From positions 1 through 58,196 of the forward strand of contig JASHSS010000159.1 of NCBI GenBank assembly GCA_030038565.1: a stretch of DNA of 58,196 bases. Reading direction: 5' to 3'. Both the position numbers and the translations under genes were made by a program. Numbering within the stretch: position 1 is the first letter of the stretch; each line of letters opens with the position of its first letter. The DNA is from Bryobacteraceae bacterium (GTDB taxonomy: Bacteria > Acidobacteriota > Terriglobia > Bryobacterales > Bryobacteraceae). Positions 1 through 10,149 of this stretch are shown here, piece after piece. Below the pieces are notes generated by a model. That model had not been told where the DNA came from, made no database searches, and saw nothing but the letters and a program-made list of their open reading frames with translations.

Positions 1-1137
1 CTGCACTTGCACGCCCCGCTGCATGCGGTAATCCGCTTCGGCAAGAGGGCCGAGGAGCGGCTGATCCCCGTGAAACTGGGCGCTCGGCTGACCGAGATCG
101 GCACGCTGGATACGTGGTGCGAATCCAAAGTCAGCGACAATCGCTGGCGCCTCGAATTTCAATTGCGCAAAGCGGCGGCCGAGCAGCCCGCCGGGCGCAA
201 GGCCGCGGCGGTGGTTTCGGAGACCGCCGTGAAGAACTCGCTGGCCCTCCTGGAGGCGGTCTTTTCGCCCACCGCGAAATCGCCTATCGCGCCGGAGGAA
301 GTCCCCGCCAAACTGGAGCAGGCCATGGGGCTGGGCAAGAACAGCTGGCCGCTTTCGGTCATCCGCCAACTGGCGGACGCCTTCCTGGCGTCGGCGGACG
401 GGCGCAAGAAGAGCCCTTCGTACGAAGCGCGCTGGCTGAATTTGTGCGGCTTCTCGATGCGCCCGGGGTTCGGCTATCCGGGCGACGATTTCCGCATCGA
501 GCAGGCACGCCGGGTCTACTCGGCCGGCCTCACGTACCCCAACCAGGTGCAGTGCGAAATCGACTGGTGGATTTTCTGGGGACGCCTGGCGGGCGGCTTG
601 AACCGCAATCAGCAGGCGGATATCTACCAGCGCCTGGCGGGGTTCCTGCTGCCGCGGGGCAACAAAAAGCCACAGCGCCTGAATCACGCGCTGCTGCGCG
701 AGATGTGGCGCACGGCCGCCAGCCTGGAATGGCTGCCCATCGGCACCAAGACCGAACTGGGCGAGGCGCTCCTCAAGCGCGTCAAAGCCGGCGATTACAA
801 GGAAAGCGAACTGTGGTGCCTGGCGCGGCTGGGCGCGCGCAAGCTGTTCTATGGCCCCATCAACCTGGTGCTGCCGCCCGCCACCGTGACGCGCTGGGTG
901 GAGACGCTGGTGAAGCTGCCGGCGGCGGGCGAGGCCGTGGCGAGCATGGCGCGCCAGACCGAAGACCCCACCCGCGACCTGCCGCGCGCCACCGTCTCCG
1001 CCGTGCGCGCGAAGCTGGAAGGGTTGCCGCACGCCGATCGGCTGCTGGCCCGGCTGGATGGCGAGGCGGAGGACGACAGCACGCTGGGGCGCATTTTCGG
1101 AGAAGAACTGCCATCCGGGCTGGTGCTGGCCGGGTAG
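1..1137 (+). CDS. conserved hypothetical protein, C-terminal part (5' end outside window)
   Basis: The frame is open from the window edge to TAG at 1135-1137, with GC-rich third codon positions. Segments such as ARWLNLCGFSMRPGFGYPGDDFRIEQ recall, from memory only, the C-terminal extension of long Hsp70-like proteins. No catalytic motif is visible. Confidence 0.55.
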   Translation: MHLHAPLHAVIRFGKRAEERLIPVKLGARLTEIGTLDTWCESKVSDNRWRLEFQLRKAAAEQPAGRKAAAVVSETAVKNSLALLEAVFSPTAKSPIAPEEVPAKLEQAMGLGKNSWPLSVIRQLADAFLASADGRKKSPSYEARWLNLCGFSMRPGFGYPGDDFRIEQARRVYSAGLTYPNQVQCEIDWWIFWGRLAGGLNRNQQADIYQRLAGFLLPRGNKKPQRLNHALLREMWRTAASLEWLPIGTKTELGEALLKRVKAGDYKESELWCLARLGARKLFYGPINLVLPPATVTRWVETLVKLPAAGEAVASMARQTEDPTRDLPRATVSAVRAKLEGLPHADRLLARLDGEAEDDSTLGRIFGEELPSGLVLAG

Positions 1138-1160
1138 GATTCTGCGATATACTGCCACCC

Positions 1161-1724
1161 ATGCGAATCCGCCGACGAACGCTGCTCCGGTGGGTTGCCG
1201 GTGTGGGCGGCCTGCTGCGTCTTCCGCGCGTCCGTTCATGGGCGCAAGCCGCGGATTTTCCGGCCGATCAGAACGATACGCTGCACGCGCTGGCGGCGGT
1301 GGTGTTGCCGGCCGAACTGGGCGCCGCGGGAATCCGACGGACGGCCGATGCGTTCGCCGGCTGGGTCCGGGGCTACCACGCCGGCGCGGAAATGGATCAC
1401 GGGTACGGCAACACGCGGCTGCGCTCAAAGGGGACGAACCCGGCCGCGGGTTATCTGCGCCAGTTGCAGGCGCTTCACCCGGCGCTCGCCTCGGGAGACC
1501 TGGAGGCGCAGCGGCAGGCGGTGACCGCCGCGCTGGAGCAGGCCCGGATCGCGGATTTGCCGCGAAGTCCCGACGGGCGCCAGGTGGCCGCCGATCTGAT
1601 GGCGTTTTATTTCCGGTCCAGCGAGGCCAACGACCTGTGTTACCGGGCGGCCATCGGGCGCGACCTGTGCCGCGGCCTGGACGGCTCCGAGAAGGCCCCC
1701 GCGCCGCTCGAAGGGCCCGCCTGA
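1161..1724 (+). CDS. Tat-signal small subunit, gluconate 2-dehydrogenase subunit 3-like
   Basis: An in-frame ATG lies inside track ORF 114..1724. The N-terminus MRIRRRTLLRWVAGVGGLL carries a twin-arginine motif. Its stop overlaps the start of the GMC gene (TGATG), the usual partner arrangement. Confidence 0.7.
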   Translation: MRIRRRTLLRWVAGVGGLLRLPRVRSWAQAADFPADQNDTLHALAAVVLPAELGAAGIRRTADAFAGWVRGYHAGAEMDHGYGNTRLRSKGTNPAAGYLRQLQALHPALASGDLEAQRQAVTAALEQARIADLPRSPDGRQVAADLMAFYFRSSEANDLCYRAAIGRDLCRGLDGSEKAPAPLEGPA

Positions 1725-3313
1725 TGCCGCGCTACGAATCGGATGTTTGCATCATCGGGGGCGGCATCACGGCGGCCATGCTGGCGCTCAAGCTCTCCGA
1801 ATTGCGCCCGGAACTGTCGGTCACCGTCGTCGAGGCCGGCAAACGGCTCTTCGACGCGGAGAACCGCATGGCCTATCGCCAGCGCAGCATCGAATACGCC
1901 GAGAATCCGTGGCCCGGCGATTTCATCGCCGACCAGGCGGCCCAGGGCATCATCTCGCGCACCATGGCGGTGGGCGGATCGGCGCTGCACTGGGGCGGGA
2001 CGTGCAACCGGTTTTCCCAGGAAGATCTGCGTCTCCAATCGATGTTCGGGCTTTACACCGATTGGCCCCTGGAGTGGGCTGAACTGGAGAAGTTTTACTG
2101 CGAGGCGGAGCGGCGGCTGGGAGTCTCGGGCGAGCCGAGTCCCTTCGCCGAAGACCGCCGCTCCGAGCCGTATCCCATGCCCGCCATGGCCATGACGCAC
2201 AACCTGATCGAGCTGCGGAAATGGGCCGAACAGAGCGGCATTCCCTTTCAAACCACCCCCCAGGCCAAGAATACCCAGCCTTACGACGGCCGCGCCAAAT
2301 GTATCCGCTGCAATACGTGTACGATTTGCCCTACGGGCGCGCGCTATTCACCGGATTACACCTTCCGCCGCCTGCTGGGGCGCGGGAATTTCGCCCTGCA
2401 CGACCAGACCCTGGTTCGCAAGCTCTCGCTCGAGGAAACCAAATCCACGGTGCAGTCTGCCGAGGCGGTGGCTTATGCGAAACCGGAGGAGCCCGTGGAA
2501 TACCGGGCGGGAGTCTTCGTGTTGGCCTCGGGCTATTGCTGGAGTCCCCACCTGCTGCTGCTTTCGCGCTCGCCGCGTTTTCCCAACGGGCTGGCCAACC
2601 GTTCCGGGCTGGTGGGCCGCTACATGTGCGGGCACGCCTTCCAGAGCGCCATGATCGAGATCGACGCCCGGATTTATCCCGGCATGAACGAGCAGCATGG
2701 GCTGATTTCCCGCCAGTTCTTCCGCGCGCAGGATCGCGGGCGCTACGTGCGGCACGATTTGCGGGTGTGGGAAAGCGCCGCCGGGCACGAGCCGCGCCTG
2801 CGCTCGGCGGATGGCCGGATACTTCTGGGCGACGGCTTGCTGGCGGATTGGCGGCAACGGGCGCAACGCGGAACCGCGCGGGTGCGGGGATACTACGACG
2901 TGCATCCGGACCGGGAGAGTTCGTTGACCCTCGATCCGTCCGCCAGGAACCGCTTTGGCGACCCGCTGCCCAAAATCGAGCACCGCCTGGATGCCGCCAC
3001 CGAAGCGCGCCGCGGCCTCACCAGGGAGCATTTCCAGCAGCTCTTTCAGAAACTGGCGCAGGCCGGAAACGGCAAGCTGCTGAGCACGGGGGCGGGGAAT
3101 TACCTGGACCATCCGGCCGGCGGCTGCCGCATGGGCACGGACCCGTCTTCCAGCGTGTGCGACAGCTTCGGCCAGACCCACGACCACGAGAACCTGTTTG
3201 TAGCCGGGTCGCCGACCTTGCCGAACGCGGGATGCACCAACGGCACCCTGACTTTCGTGGCCCTGACGCTGCGCTCCGCGGAACGCATTGCGGCGCGCTT
3301 CCCCAGGCGATAG
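1724..3313 (+). CDS. GMC family FAD-dependent oxidoreductase
   Basis: The internal start MPRYESDVCIIGGGITAAMLA gives a GxGxxA dinucleotide fold. The C-terminal YLDHPAGGCRMG...NLFVAGSPTLPNAG resembles the GMC active-site region. The upstream part of track ORF 1058..3313 is off-frame overlap. Confidence 0.85.
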   Translation: MPRYESDVCIIGGGITAAMLALKLSELRPELSVTVVEAGKRLFDAENRMAYRQRSIEYAENPWPGDFIADQAAQGIISRTMAVGGSALHWGGTCNRFSQEDLRLQSMFGLYTDWPLEWAELEKFYCEAERRLGVSGEPSPFAEDRRSEPYPMPAMAMTHNLIELRKWAEQSGIPFQTTPQAKNTQPYDGRAKCIRCNTCTICPTGARYSPDYTFRRLLGRGNFALHDQTLVRKLSLEETKSTVQSAEAVAYAKPEEPVEYRAGVFVLASGYCWSPHLLLLSRSPRFPNGLANRSGLVGRYMCGHAFQSAMIEIDARIYPGMNEQHGLISRQFFRAQDRGRYVRHDLRVWESAAGHEPRLRSADGRILLGDGLLADWRQRAQRGTARVRGYYDVHPDRESSLTLDPSARNRFGDPLPKIEHRLDAATEARRGLTREHFQQLFQKLAQAGNGKLLSTGAGNYLDHPAGGCRMGTDPSSSVCDSFGQTHDHENLFVAGSPTLPNAGCTNGTLTFVALTLRSAERIAARFPRR

Positions 3314-3321
3314 GCGAGCCT

Positions 3322-4812
3322 ATGCGAACCCTCGTCCTAATTCTGCTCGCCGCTTTGCCGGCCGCTTTGTGCGCGCAGCCGGTGTATTTCCCCGGCGCGC
3401 AATGGCGCACGGCTACGCCCGAATCGCAGGGCGTGGATTCCACGGCGCTCCTGTCTGCGCTCGGCCAGGTCACGGAAAACCACCTGGGGGTCCACAGTCT
3501 TCTGGTCATCCGACACGGGTACGTCATCGCCGACGCTTACTTTTTCCCCTATTCCCCCACGGCGCCCCACGATCTGGCTTCGGTGACGAAGACCATCACT
3601 TCCACGCTGACCGGTATCGCCGTGGGCCAGGGCCTGGTCAAGCTGAGTGACCGGGTGCTCGGGTTCTTTCCCAACCAGGGACCCGCGGAGCCGGGCGCGG
3701 CCAGGGAGCGCATGACCCTGGGCGACCTGGTGCGCATGGAATCCGGTCTGGATTGCGGCTACGCGCCCGGCGAACAGGAACTGGAGCAGATGAAACGCTC
3801 GCCGGATTGGGTGCGCTTTGCACTGGGCCTCCCGGTGAAGTACGATCCCGGCACGCACTCGGCGTATTGCAGTCCCGGCTATCATCTGCTCGGCTCGGCG
3901 CTGGCCGCCGCCGCCGGCGAAAGCGAGGGAGACTTCGCGGCGAAGGTCCTGTTCGGTCCTCTCGGCATCCGCGACGTGATGTGGGCTGTCGACCCCCAGG
4001 GCCGCAATCACGGCTGGGGCGACTGCCATCTCTTCCCTGCGGACCTGGCCCGCATCGGGTATCTTTTTCTGCACCAGGGAGCCTGGAACGGCCGCCAGAT
4101 CGTGCCGCGCGATTGGGTGGCGCTCTCGACCGCTCTGCCCAAGGCGCCGCGCGGCGAAGCCGGAGGGATGGGCTACGAGTGGAATGCGTCCACGGGGCCC
4201 AGCGGGCTCCAGTTCGGTGGAACCGGGCGCGGCGGGCAAAGCCTGATTGTCTGGCCCGATCTCGACATGGTCGTGGTCAGCATGGCTGGCGGCAACACCG
4301 GCCAGATTGCGCGATCGGTGCGGGAGGCGGTGAAATCGGATGGGGCGTTGCCTGCCGATCCCCAAGCCGTCCGGCGGCTGCAAGCCGGGATTGCGGCCGC
4401 CGGGCGCCCGCCCGCGCCGGAGCCAACCGCGGCTTTGCCGGCGCTGGCGACGTCCATCTCCGGAGCGGTTTACGAATTCCCGGTCAATTCCTCACGCCTG
4501 GACAGCCTGTCGCTCAGTTTCCCGAACCGCAACGAGGCCAGCGTCACGGTGAAGTATTACGGCCAGGCATTCACCTTCCCGGTTGGCCTCGACCGCGTCT
4601 ACCGCCTCAGCGCGACCGGGCCGATGGGCCTGCCCGGGGGAGCCTGGGGCAAGTGGACTTCGGACCGCGAATTCCTTCTGGATTTGAATTTTGTCGCCAA
4701 CATCAATCACTACACGCTGGCGATCGTTTTCCAGGGCGACCGCATCGAGGTTACCGCCGACGAAGCTTCCGGACTGATCCGCAAGGGCCATCTGACAGGA
4801 GTCAGAAAGTGA
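3322..4812 (+). CDS. serine hydrolase, beta-lactamase/transpeptidase-like family, secreted
   Basis: Signal peptide MRTLVLILLAALPAALCAQ and an S-x-x-K motif (SVTKTITS). The start is chosen inside track ORF 2221..4812, 8 nt after the GMC stop. Confidence 0.85.
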   Translation: MRTLVLILLAALPAALCAQPVYFPGAQWRTATPESQGVDSTALLSALGQVTENHLGVHSLLVIRHGYVIADAYFFPYSPTAPHDLASVTKTITSTLTGIAVGQGLVKLSDRVLGFFPNQGPAEPGAARERMTLGDLVRMESGLDCGYAPGEQELEQMKRSPDWVRFALGLPVKYDPGTHSAYCSPGYHLLGSALAAAAGESEGDFAAKVLFGPLGIRDVMWAVDPQGRNHGWGDCHLFPADLARIGYLFLHQGAWNGRQIVPRDWVALSTALPKAPRGEAGGMGYEWNASTGPSGLQFGGTGRGGQSLIVWPDLDMVVVSMAGGNTGQIARSVREAVKSDGALPADPQAVRRLQAGIAAAGRPPAPEPTAALPALATSISGAVYEFPVNSSRLDSLSLSFPNRNEASVTVKYYGQAFTFPVGLDRVYRLSATGPMGLPGGAWGKWTSDREFLLDLNFVANINHYTLAIVFQGDRIEVTADEASGLIRKGHLTGVRK

Positions 4813-4899
4813 AGCCGGCGGTTGCGTCAGTTGGTAAAAGTTGCAGGAAGGAGTCGTGAGGTGGATCGGGGATGCCGGGGCGAATATCCAGCCTCGGAA

Positions 4900-5577
4900 C
4901 TAAAAGACCCCCGGCAGCAATCGCCAGCGCACCTGATGGCAATATTCGACATACCCGGACAAACTCTCTGCCAGAAATCGCTCTTCATCGAAAAGCCGCC
5001 AGATGAATGCGAACGTCGTGAGTGCGGATGCGAGAAGGCCCCGGTAGGAACCAAGTGCCAGCGGAGTCCCAAAAAAAGTCAGCAACAGTCCTGAATACAT
5101 CGGATGCCGCACAAGCGCATACGGTCCCGTGGAGATCACTTCCTGGTCCTGGGAGAGTTCGATTTTCGCAGAGGCAAATGTATTTTCTTTGGCGACACGG
5201 AAAACGACATAATAACCGAGCGCCAGGAGAACATCACCGGCCACGGTTGCGTAGAGCGGGACGTGTGACCATCCGAACCGATGGTCTAAGGCGGGCAAGA
5301 CCAGCGTGCCGAAGAATCCGACTGAGACAATCAGCATGGCGATCTTCTGTGCTACCCTCTTCTCCGATAACGGTCCACCGCTGGATCGACGCCTGAGCAG
5401 GGCGGGATCTTTTCTCATCAGGTAGGCCGTCATCAAAGTGGAAGCCGAAACGACAATGGTCAGGTAGACCCACGCCTGCCAGTAATCAATCGTATCTGCG
5501 GGAAGAAAGAGAAGCAGCCCCATCACCAGCACAACGGTGGCGACACGGAGCCATGTCTTGGCTTCGAAACTCTTCAC
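4900..5577 (-). CDS. isoprenylcysteine carboxyl methyltransferase (ICMT)/phospholipid methyltransferase family membrane protein
   Basis: Multi-TM protein with the ...YALVRHPMYSGLLLTFFGTPLALGS... motif typical of the ICMT family. GTG start. Confidence 0.75.
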   Translation of the reverse strand: MKSFEAKTWLRVATVVLVMGLLLFLPADTIDYWQAWVYLTIVVSASTLMTAYLMRKDPALLRRRSSGGPLSEKRVAQKIAMLIVSVGFFGTLVLPALDHRFGWSHVPLYATVAGDVLLALGYYVVFRVAKENTFASAKIELSQDQEVISTGPYALVRHPMYSGLLLTFFGTPLALGSYRGLLASALTTFAFIWRLFDEERFLAESLSGYVEYCHQVRWRLLPGVF

Positions 5578-5986
5578 GGATGCGCCCCGACGCTAACGGG
5601 TAGTGTACCGCCGCTCACAGTTCAGCGCCGGGGTGAGAATCAGATCTGGAGCCGGAGACGGCCTTTGTGGACGGCATGCATGTGCGCGCGGTTTGTGACC
5701 ATCTACAAGCCACAGCTCAAGGCCGTATCCGGAATCTGGATCATCAACATCCCACCTGGTCATGCCAATCGCTGCTGCCCAGGTCTTTTGGCCGGTGTGG
5801 GTCTGGATCGGGCATCCAGAAACCGGATGGCTCTTCCGCTTCCAGAATACCCGCACCGGTTGCCGCGTTGTGGTGCCCGTGGACGGCCGCCTGATGCTAA
5901 CAGGAGGCCTAAAGGGATTTGGTGGCCGTCATATTGCAGGGATATACCATATCCCCCTCCGGATGTGAAGATCAAGTAGCTTCAGG

Positions 5987-8900
5987 TCACCAACCGATGC
6001 GGACCTCCAACTGAATATTGCGGGAAGTGGCGGCGGTCGTAGCTGCACCAAAGCCTGCGTTCGCCGGCAGCGAGCGGCCGGAGTTTACGACCCCATTGGT
6101 GTACTCGGGGTTTTCCAAGGTCATGCTCGCCGGGTTATTGAAGGTAGCTGTAGTTGACCGGCCGGTGATGGGCTCGGCGTTTACTGCGTTGAAAATGTCC
6201 GTCCGGAACTCGAAGGTTTTGGCTTCTCTGAATTTCCAGAAGTGGAACCTGCGCACAACCGACACGTCCGGGATTATCTGGGGACAGTATCGCAGGTAAT
6301 TGCGCCCCGACTCCAGTTGGACGCTGCCGTAGCCCGGCCCTGTTACAGCATTTTCATTGAACCCGTCAAGCCGGGTGCCACACCCGCTGCCGAGATTGGC
6401 GCCCAGAATCGGGGCACCGGCAAAGTCCGGAGAACCGGTTATTTCGGTGTTGGTTCCGTTGGTTTGGTAGGAGTAACCGAGAGTATAGGCCGCTCCCGAC
6501 TGCGCCGTCAGAACCGAGGAAATCTGCCAATCCTTCGTGAGCTGGTGCACGAAACCGCCCCTGTCTGTAATGCCCGGGACGAACCAGGTTATGTTGGCCT
6601 TGAGGAAATTCGGTATCTTATCCAGGGTCGAATTCAGGGCCTCGTATTGCCCCTCATCGGACCGCAGCACGAGTGCGCCGTTCTGTAGCGTGTACCGTTG
6701 GATCAGGCCGGTGTTGCCCTTGAGCTCGATCCCGCGCGTATAGTTGGCCACGAAAGAGACGTTGTCCCTCAGCCGCCGGGTCACGCTCAACTGGATCGAG
6801 TGATACACGTCATAGAACTTCGTCGCGTTTTCCGCGATGGATTGAAGGCCTGGGTACGGCCGAAGCAGATTCGTCGTGTAAGACGTCGCCCCTGGAACGG
6901 TCGAAGTGCCGAGGGTCGGGTCCTGATACTGCGGCAGATAGGCCGTGCCGAGGGGCACCTGGTTCTCGAGTTGTTGCGATCCTCCCTGCGTCGCCCCAAA
7001 CCGGTTATACGCGTAGTAGCCCACATAGGACAGATCCATGACCATCTGGCCGGGCAGAGCTTTCTGGAAACCGGCATTCCACTGGAGGTTCGACGGGATT
7101 TTCGCGTTGTATTGGATAACAACCATCTGCCCCACCGGCTGCGGGCTCAGCCCCGCCTGGCCGATCGTCTGCAACTGCCCATAGTACAGGTTCTGATCCG
7201 TAACCGGTGTGCCGTTGGCGGCCACCACGCCCACGTTGCCCGGCGTCGAGAATACCGTGTTCCCGTCGGGACGGTCGTAGAACAGCCCCGTCCCGCCGCG
7301 GATCACCCAACCCGAGTTCCCCTTAACGTCCCACGCAAACCCGGCCCGCGGTCCGACGACCAAGGGCGACCAGGTGTAGTTCGTGTTGGCGATCCCGTGG
7401 CCCGCCTGAACAATCCCGTTCAGCGGATTGCCCACGCCCGGAATCGGGGTTCCGATCAACACCTGCGAGTTCGCGCCGCCCGACGTGATGACCTGTCCGG
7501 TGAGCGGATTCAGTGCGTCGCGTGTGTTGCCGGAGCATACCGTGGCGCCATTGGCGCAACCCGCGGTGTAGAGCACCTGCGAGTTTGCCCTTGAGAATTG
7601 GTTAGGGAAGAAGTTCGACTCCTGGTCAAATTGATCATATTGCGGCGTCATATGTGTGAACCGCATCCCGTAATCCAGGGTCAGGTGCTTGGTCACTTTC
7701 CAGTTGTCCTGGATGTAACCCTCCACGTTGTTATAGAGAAAGCTGCCTTCGACGTAGGTCGACTGCTGCAGGTACTGATCGAAGACCCCCAGGACCGCGT
7801 TCGAGAAACTGAACCCGCTGTCGAGGGGGTTGTTCGAGTCATTGCCGAAGTTCACGTAGCCCTGCCAGTACAAGTTCGAGACACCGCCGGCGCCCGTGTT
7901 CTGCGCTTTCCAACTGTGGTTGAGATAGGCCCCCATTTTGAGGGTGTGCTGCTCCCAGATCTTCGTCAAGCTGCCTGCTACGTCCTGCGTGTGGTTGACG
8001 TTCAAGTAGCTGGGGAAGATCAGGCTCGGCGGGCCGTTTGTAACCAGGCTGCCCCAGCCCCAGGCCGGCGGCATGTTCAACTCGCCGTTGCTATATTCCG
8101 GGGCCTTGCTTCCTTGGGCCTGCAGGACTCCGTAGGCGTAATAACCCGTATCCAGCTTGCCTGCATCCGGATACAAGTTCGGGAAGGCGCCCAGCGTATT
8201 GTTGCGGTTGGCCGCCGCATCCGCGAGGACGCCGGCGGGCGACCCGCCGCCCGCCAACTGGTTCTTGATCGTGCCGTAGGTCCCCTCGATGACCAACGTC
8301 GGGGAAATGACCAAGTCGACAGTAGCCGTAACGTTGTAAATGATGGGAATCGGAGTGTAATTATCGTTGAAGCCGGGGATTGTGCCCGGAATCACCACCG
8401 GGCGCTGGGTCTGCTCGCTTAACGCGGAGTTGAAGCGCAGTTTCGATGTCGGCGCGTAGTCGAGGTGGACAACCGGTTGCGTTGTTAACTGAAAGTACGA
8501 GGCCCCCTGTTCCGCATAATTGTAGGACAACCCCGGCGTTGACGGCAGATTCGGCAGCGGGTATTGGTTGAGCACCGCGACGCCCGGAGCATACAAACGA
8601 CTTTGCGGAATGATGTTGCCTGGGAAAGGCGCATTGTTGGTATTGTCAATGATCGCACCGATCGGCGCGCCTTGATTGTTGAGGCTCTGGGAGAAGTTGC
8701 CGGCCCGCTCGAGCGCCGTCGGCAAACGCAAAAAATTGCCTGTGTTGACAACTGTATTCGCCGGCCGGAACTCGTCCGCGACGAAGAAGAACAGTTTGTT
8801 TTTCCCGTTGATAACATGCGGGATCCACACCGGCCCCCCTATGGTGAAGCCGTAGGTGTCCGAGTAGCTATACGCCTGTGGGGTGCCGTTCTTCTGATTC

Positions 8901-9685
8901 GCCCACGACCTGGAATTCCAGTTCGAGCTCGTCCAAATACCGTAGGCCGCCCCATGTACTGAGTTCGTGCCGCTCTTGGTCACGGCCGTGACCTGGACGC
9001 CGCTCGCTCTGCCGTATTCCGCCTGATAGCTCAGCGTAATGGCTTTCACTTCACCGATCGACTCGATGTTCAGGCTCAGCATCTGGCCGTTGTTACCCGT
9101 GTCCATGGCTGAGACGCCGTTCATCATGAAGTTGTTCTCGTCCTGCGTGTCGCCAATCCGTGAGATGCCGCTCGTCTGCCCGGGACCAACGCCGGGAGTA
9201 AAGGCCACCGCATTCGCGAAGTTCGAGTGGCCGATTGGCATGCTTTCGATCGCAACCTGTTCGATAGCGGCAGAGCGCTCACCGCTTTGCGTCTGTACCG
9301 GTGTCGCTTCGGCGGTTACCGTAACCGTTTCGGTGTTTCCGCCTACTGCGAGCGTAATGAGCGGAACGCCCACATGATCACCGCCGGTAACCAGGATCCC
9401 CGTTATCCGCGAGATCTTGAATGCGGGAGCGGTGGCCTCGACGGTGTACGTGTCGGCCGTGATATCCGCGAAGACGTAGTCCCCTTCTTTGTTAGTGACG
9501 ACCGCGGCGCTCCTGTTCCCGTGCACTTCGCTGATGAGGACGACATGCACGTTGGGAACCACGCCTCCCGATGAATCGGCGACTCGTCCTGTTACCGTGC
9601 CGGTTGTAACCTGCGCCAGTGCTACCAGCGGCAACAAGGCCGCAGCGAAGCCGGCAAAAAAGATGCGGCAAGTTAAACGTATCAT
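5987..9685 (-). CDS. TonB-dependent receptor with N-terminal carboxypeptidase-regulatory-like domain
   Basis: The start is at the internal ATG (9685), preceded by GGAAAGGTGGAAGA. Signal peptide MIRLTCRIFFAGFAAALLPLVALAQ, then the TGTVTGRVADSSGGVVPNVHVVL CarboxypepD_reg-like motif. About 1230 aa of beta-rich sequence ends in an aromatic residue (...RIGW). Confidence 0.85.
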   Translation of the reverse strand: MIRLTCRIFFAGFAAALLPLVALAQVTTGTVTGRVADSSGGVVPNVHVVLISEVHGNRSAAVVTNKEGDYVFADITADTYTVEATAPAFKISRITGILVTGGDHVGVPLITLAVGGNTETVTVTAEATPVQTQSGERSAAIEQVAIESMPIGHSNFANAVAFTPGVGPGQTSGISRIGDTQDENNFMMNGVSAMDTGNNGQMLSLNIESIGEVKAITLSYQAEYGRASGVQVTAVTKSGTNSVHGAAYGIWTSSNWNSRSWANQKNGTPQAYSYSDTYGFTIGGPVWIPHVINGKNKLFFFVADEFRPANTVVNTGNFLRLPTALERAGNFSQSLNNQGAPIGAIIDNTNNAPFPGNIIPQSRLYAPGVAVLNQYPLPNLPSTPGLSYNYAEQGASYFQLTTQPVVHLDYAPTSKLRFNSALSEQTQRPVVIPGTIPGFNDNYTPIPIIYNVTATVDLVISPTLVIEGTYGTIKNQLAGGGSPAGVLADAAANRNNTLGAFPNLYPDAGKLDTGYYAYGVLQAQGSKAPEYSNGELNMPPAWGWGSLVTNGPPSLIFPSYLNVNHTQDVAGSLTKIWEQHTLKMGAYLNHSWKAQNTGAGGVSNLYWQGYVNFGNDSNNPLDSGFSFSNAVLGVFDQYLQQSTYVEGSFLYNNVEGYIQDNWKVTKHLTLDYGMRFTHMTPQYDQFDQESNFFPNQFSRANSQVLYTAGCANGATVCSGNTRDALNPLTGQVITSGGANSQVLIGTPIPGVGNPLNGIVQAGHGIANTNYTWSPLVVGPRAGFAWDVKGNSGWVIRGGTGLFYDRPDGNTVFSTPGNVGVVAANGTPVTDQNLYYGQLQTIGQAGLSPQPVGQMVVIQYNAKIPSNLQWNAGFQKALPGQMVMDLSYVGYYAYNRFGATQGGSQQLENQVPLGTAYLPQYQDPTLGTSTVPGATSYTTNLLRPYPGLQSIAENATKFYDVYHSIQLSVTRRLRDNVSFVANYTRGIELKGNTGLIQRYTLQNGALVLRSDEGQYEALNSTLDKIPNFLKANITWFVPGITDRGGFVHQLTKDWQISSVLTAQSGAAYTLGYSYQTNGTNTEITGSPDFAGAPILGANLGSGCGTRLDGFNENAVTGPGYGSVQLESGRNYLRYCPQIIPDVSVVRRFHFWKFREAKTFEFRTDIFNAVNAEPITGRSTTATFNNPASMTLENPEYTNGVVNSGRSLPANAGFGAATTAATSRNIQLEVRIGW

Positions 9686-10149
9686 TCTTCCACCTTTCCG
9701 TTGGTCAGCTCTATCCGAAGGCGCCAGCAAGGCCACACCCGCGAATGGCTTGATACAAGCGTGCAAACGCCTCGGCGGCGGGTCGTGAATACCGGCCGCG
9801 GTCCGCTCCGACGCTCAAGCACACAGATAGCGGCGGGTTCACGCCGATGGCGAGCGTTGTCAATTCACTGGCCGAACAAATGAGATCCCCTCGGCCCCCG
9901 CTCCATCCTGGACAAACCCATGATTCAGACGAACCGAGTCAACCCAACGACCTTGCCGGTAATTTGCTCATTCAGGTCCCCTCCTGTCGCTTTGGAAATG
10001 AGCCAGGCCCCGTTCGTGCGAGGGTAGCTTCGCCCGGCCCTGTGACCGTGTGTCGCCATCCCTGGATGGGATGCGATGTTATCACTTTTGTCAAATCATG
10101 TAAACCATGTAGATGTAACAATTCCCCTCCGATGGGAATTCACTTGATT

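Noticed and set aside
114-1160. The 5' two-thirds of track ORF 114..1724 (536 aa).
   Set aside because: It overlaps the better-supported frame of 1..1137. It is Arg/Gly/Ala/Pro-rich, as expected for off-frame translation of high-GC DNA. The credible gene starts at the internal ATG 1161 with a twin-arginine signal.
5578-5986. Two overlapping minus-strand ORFs (5593..5856, 5760..5975) in a 409-bp gap; possibly a gene remnant.
   Set aside because: I found no recognisable motif, and the frames are mutually exclusive. It could be a decayed gene, but I cannot support that from sequence alone.
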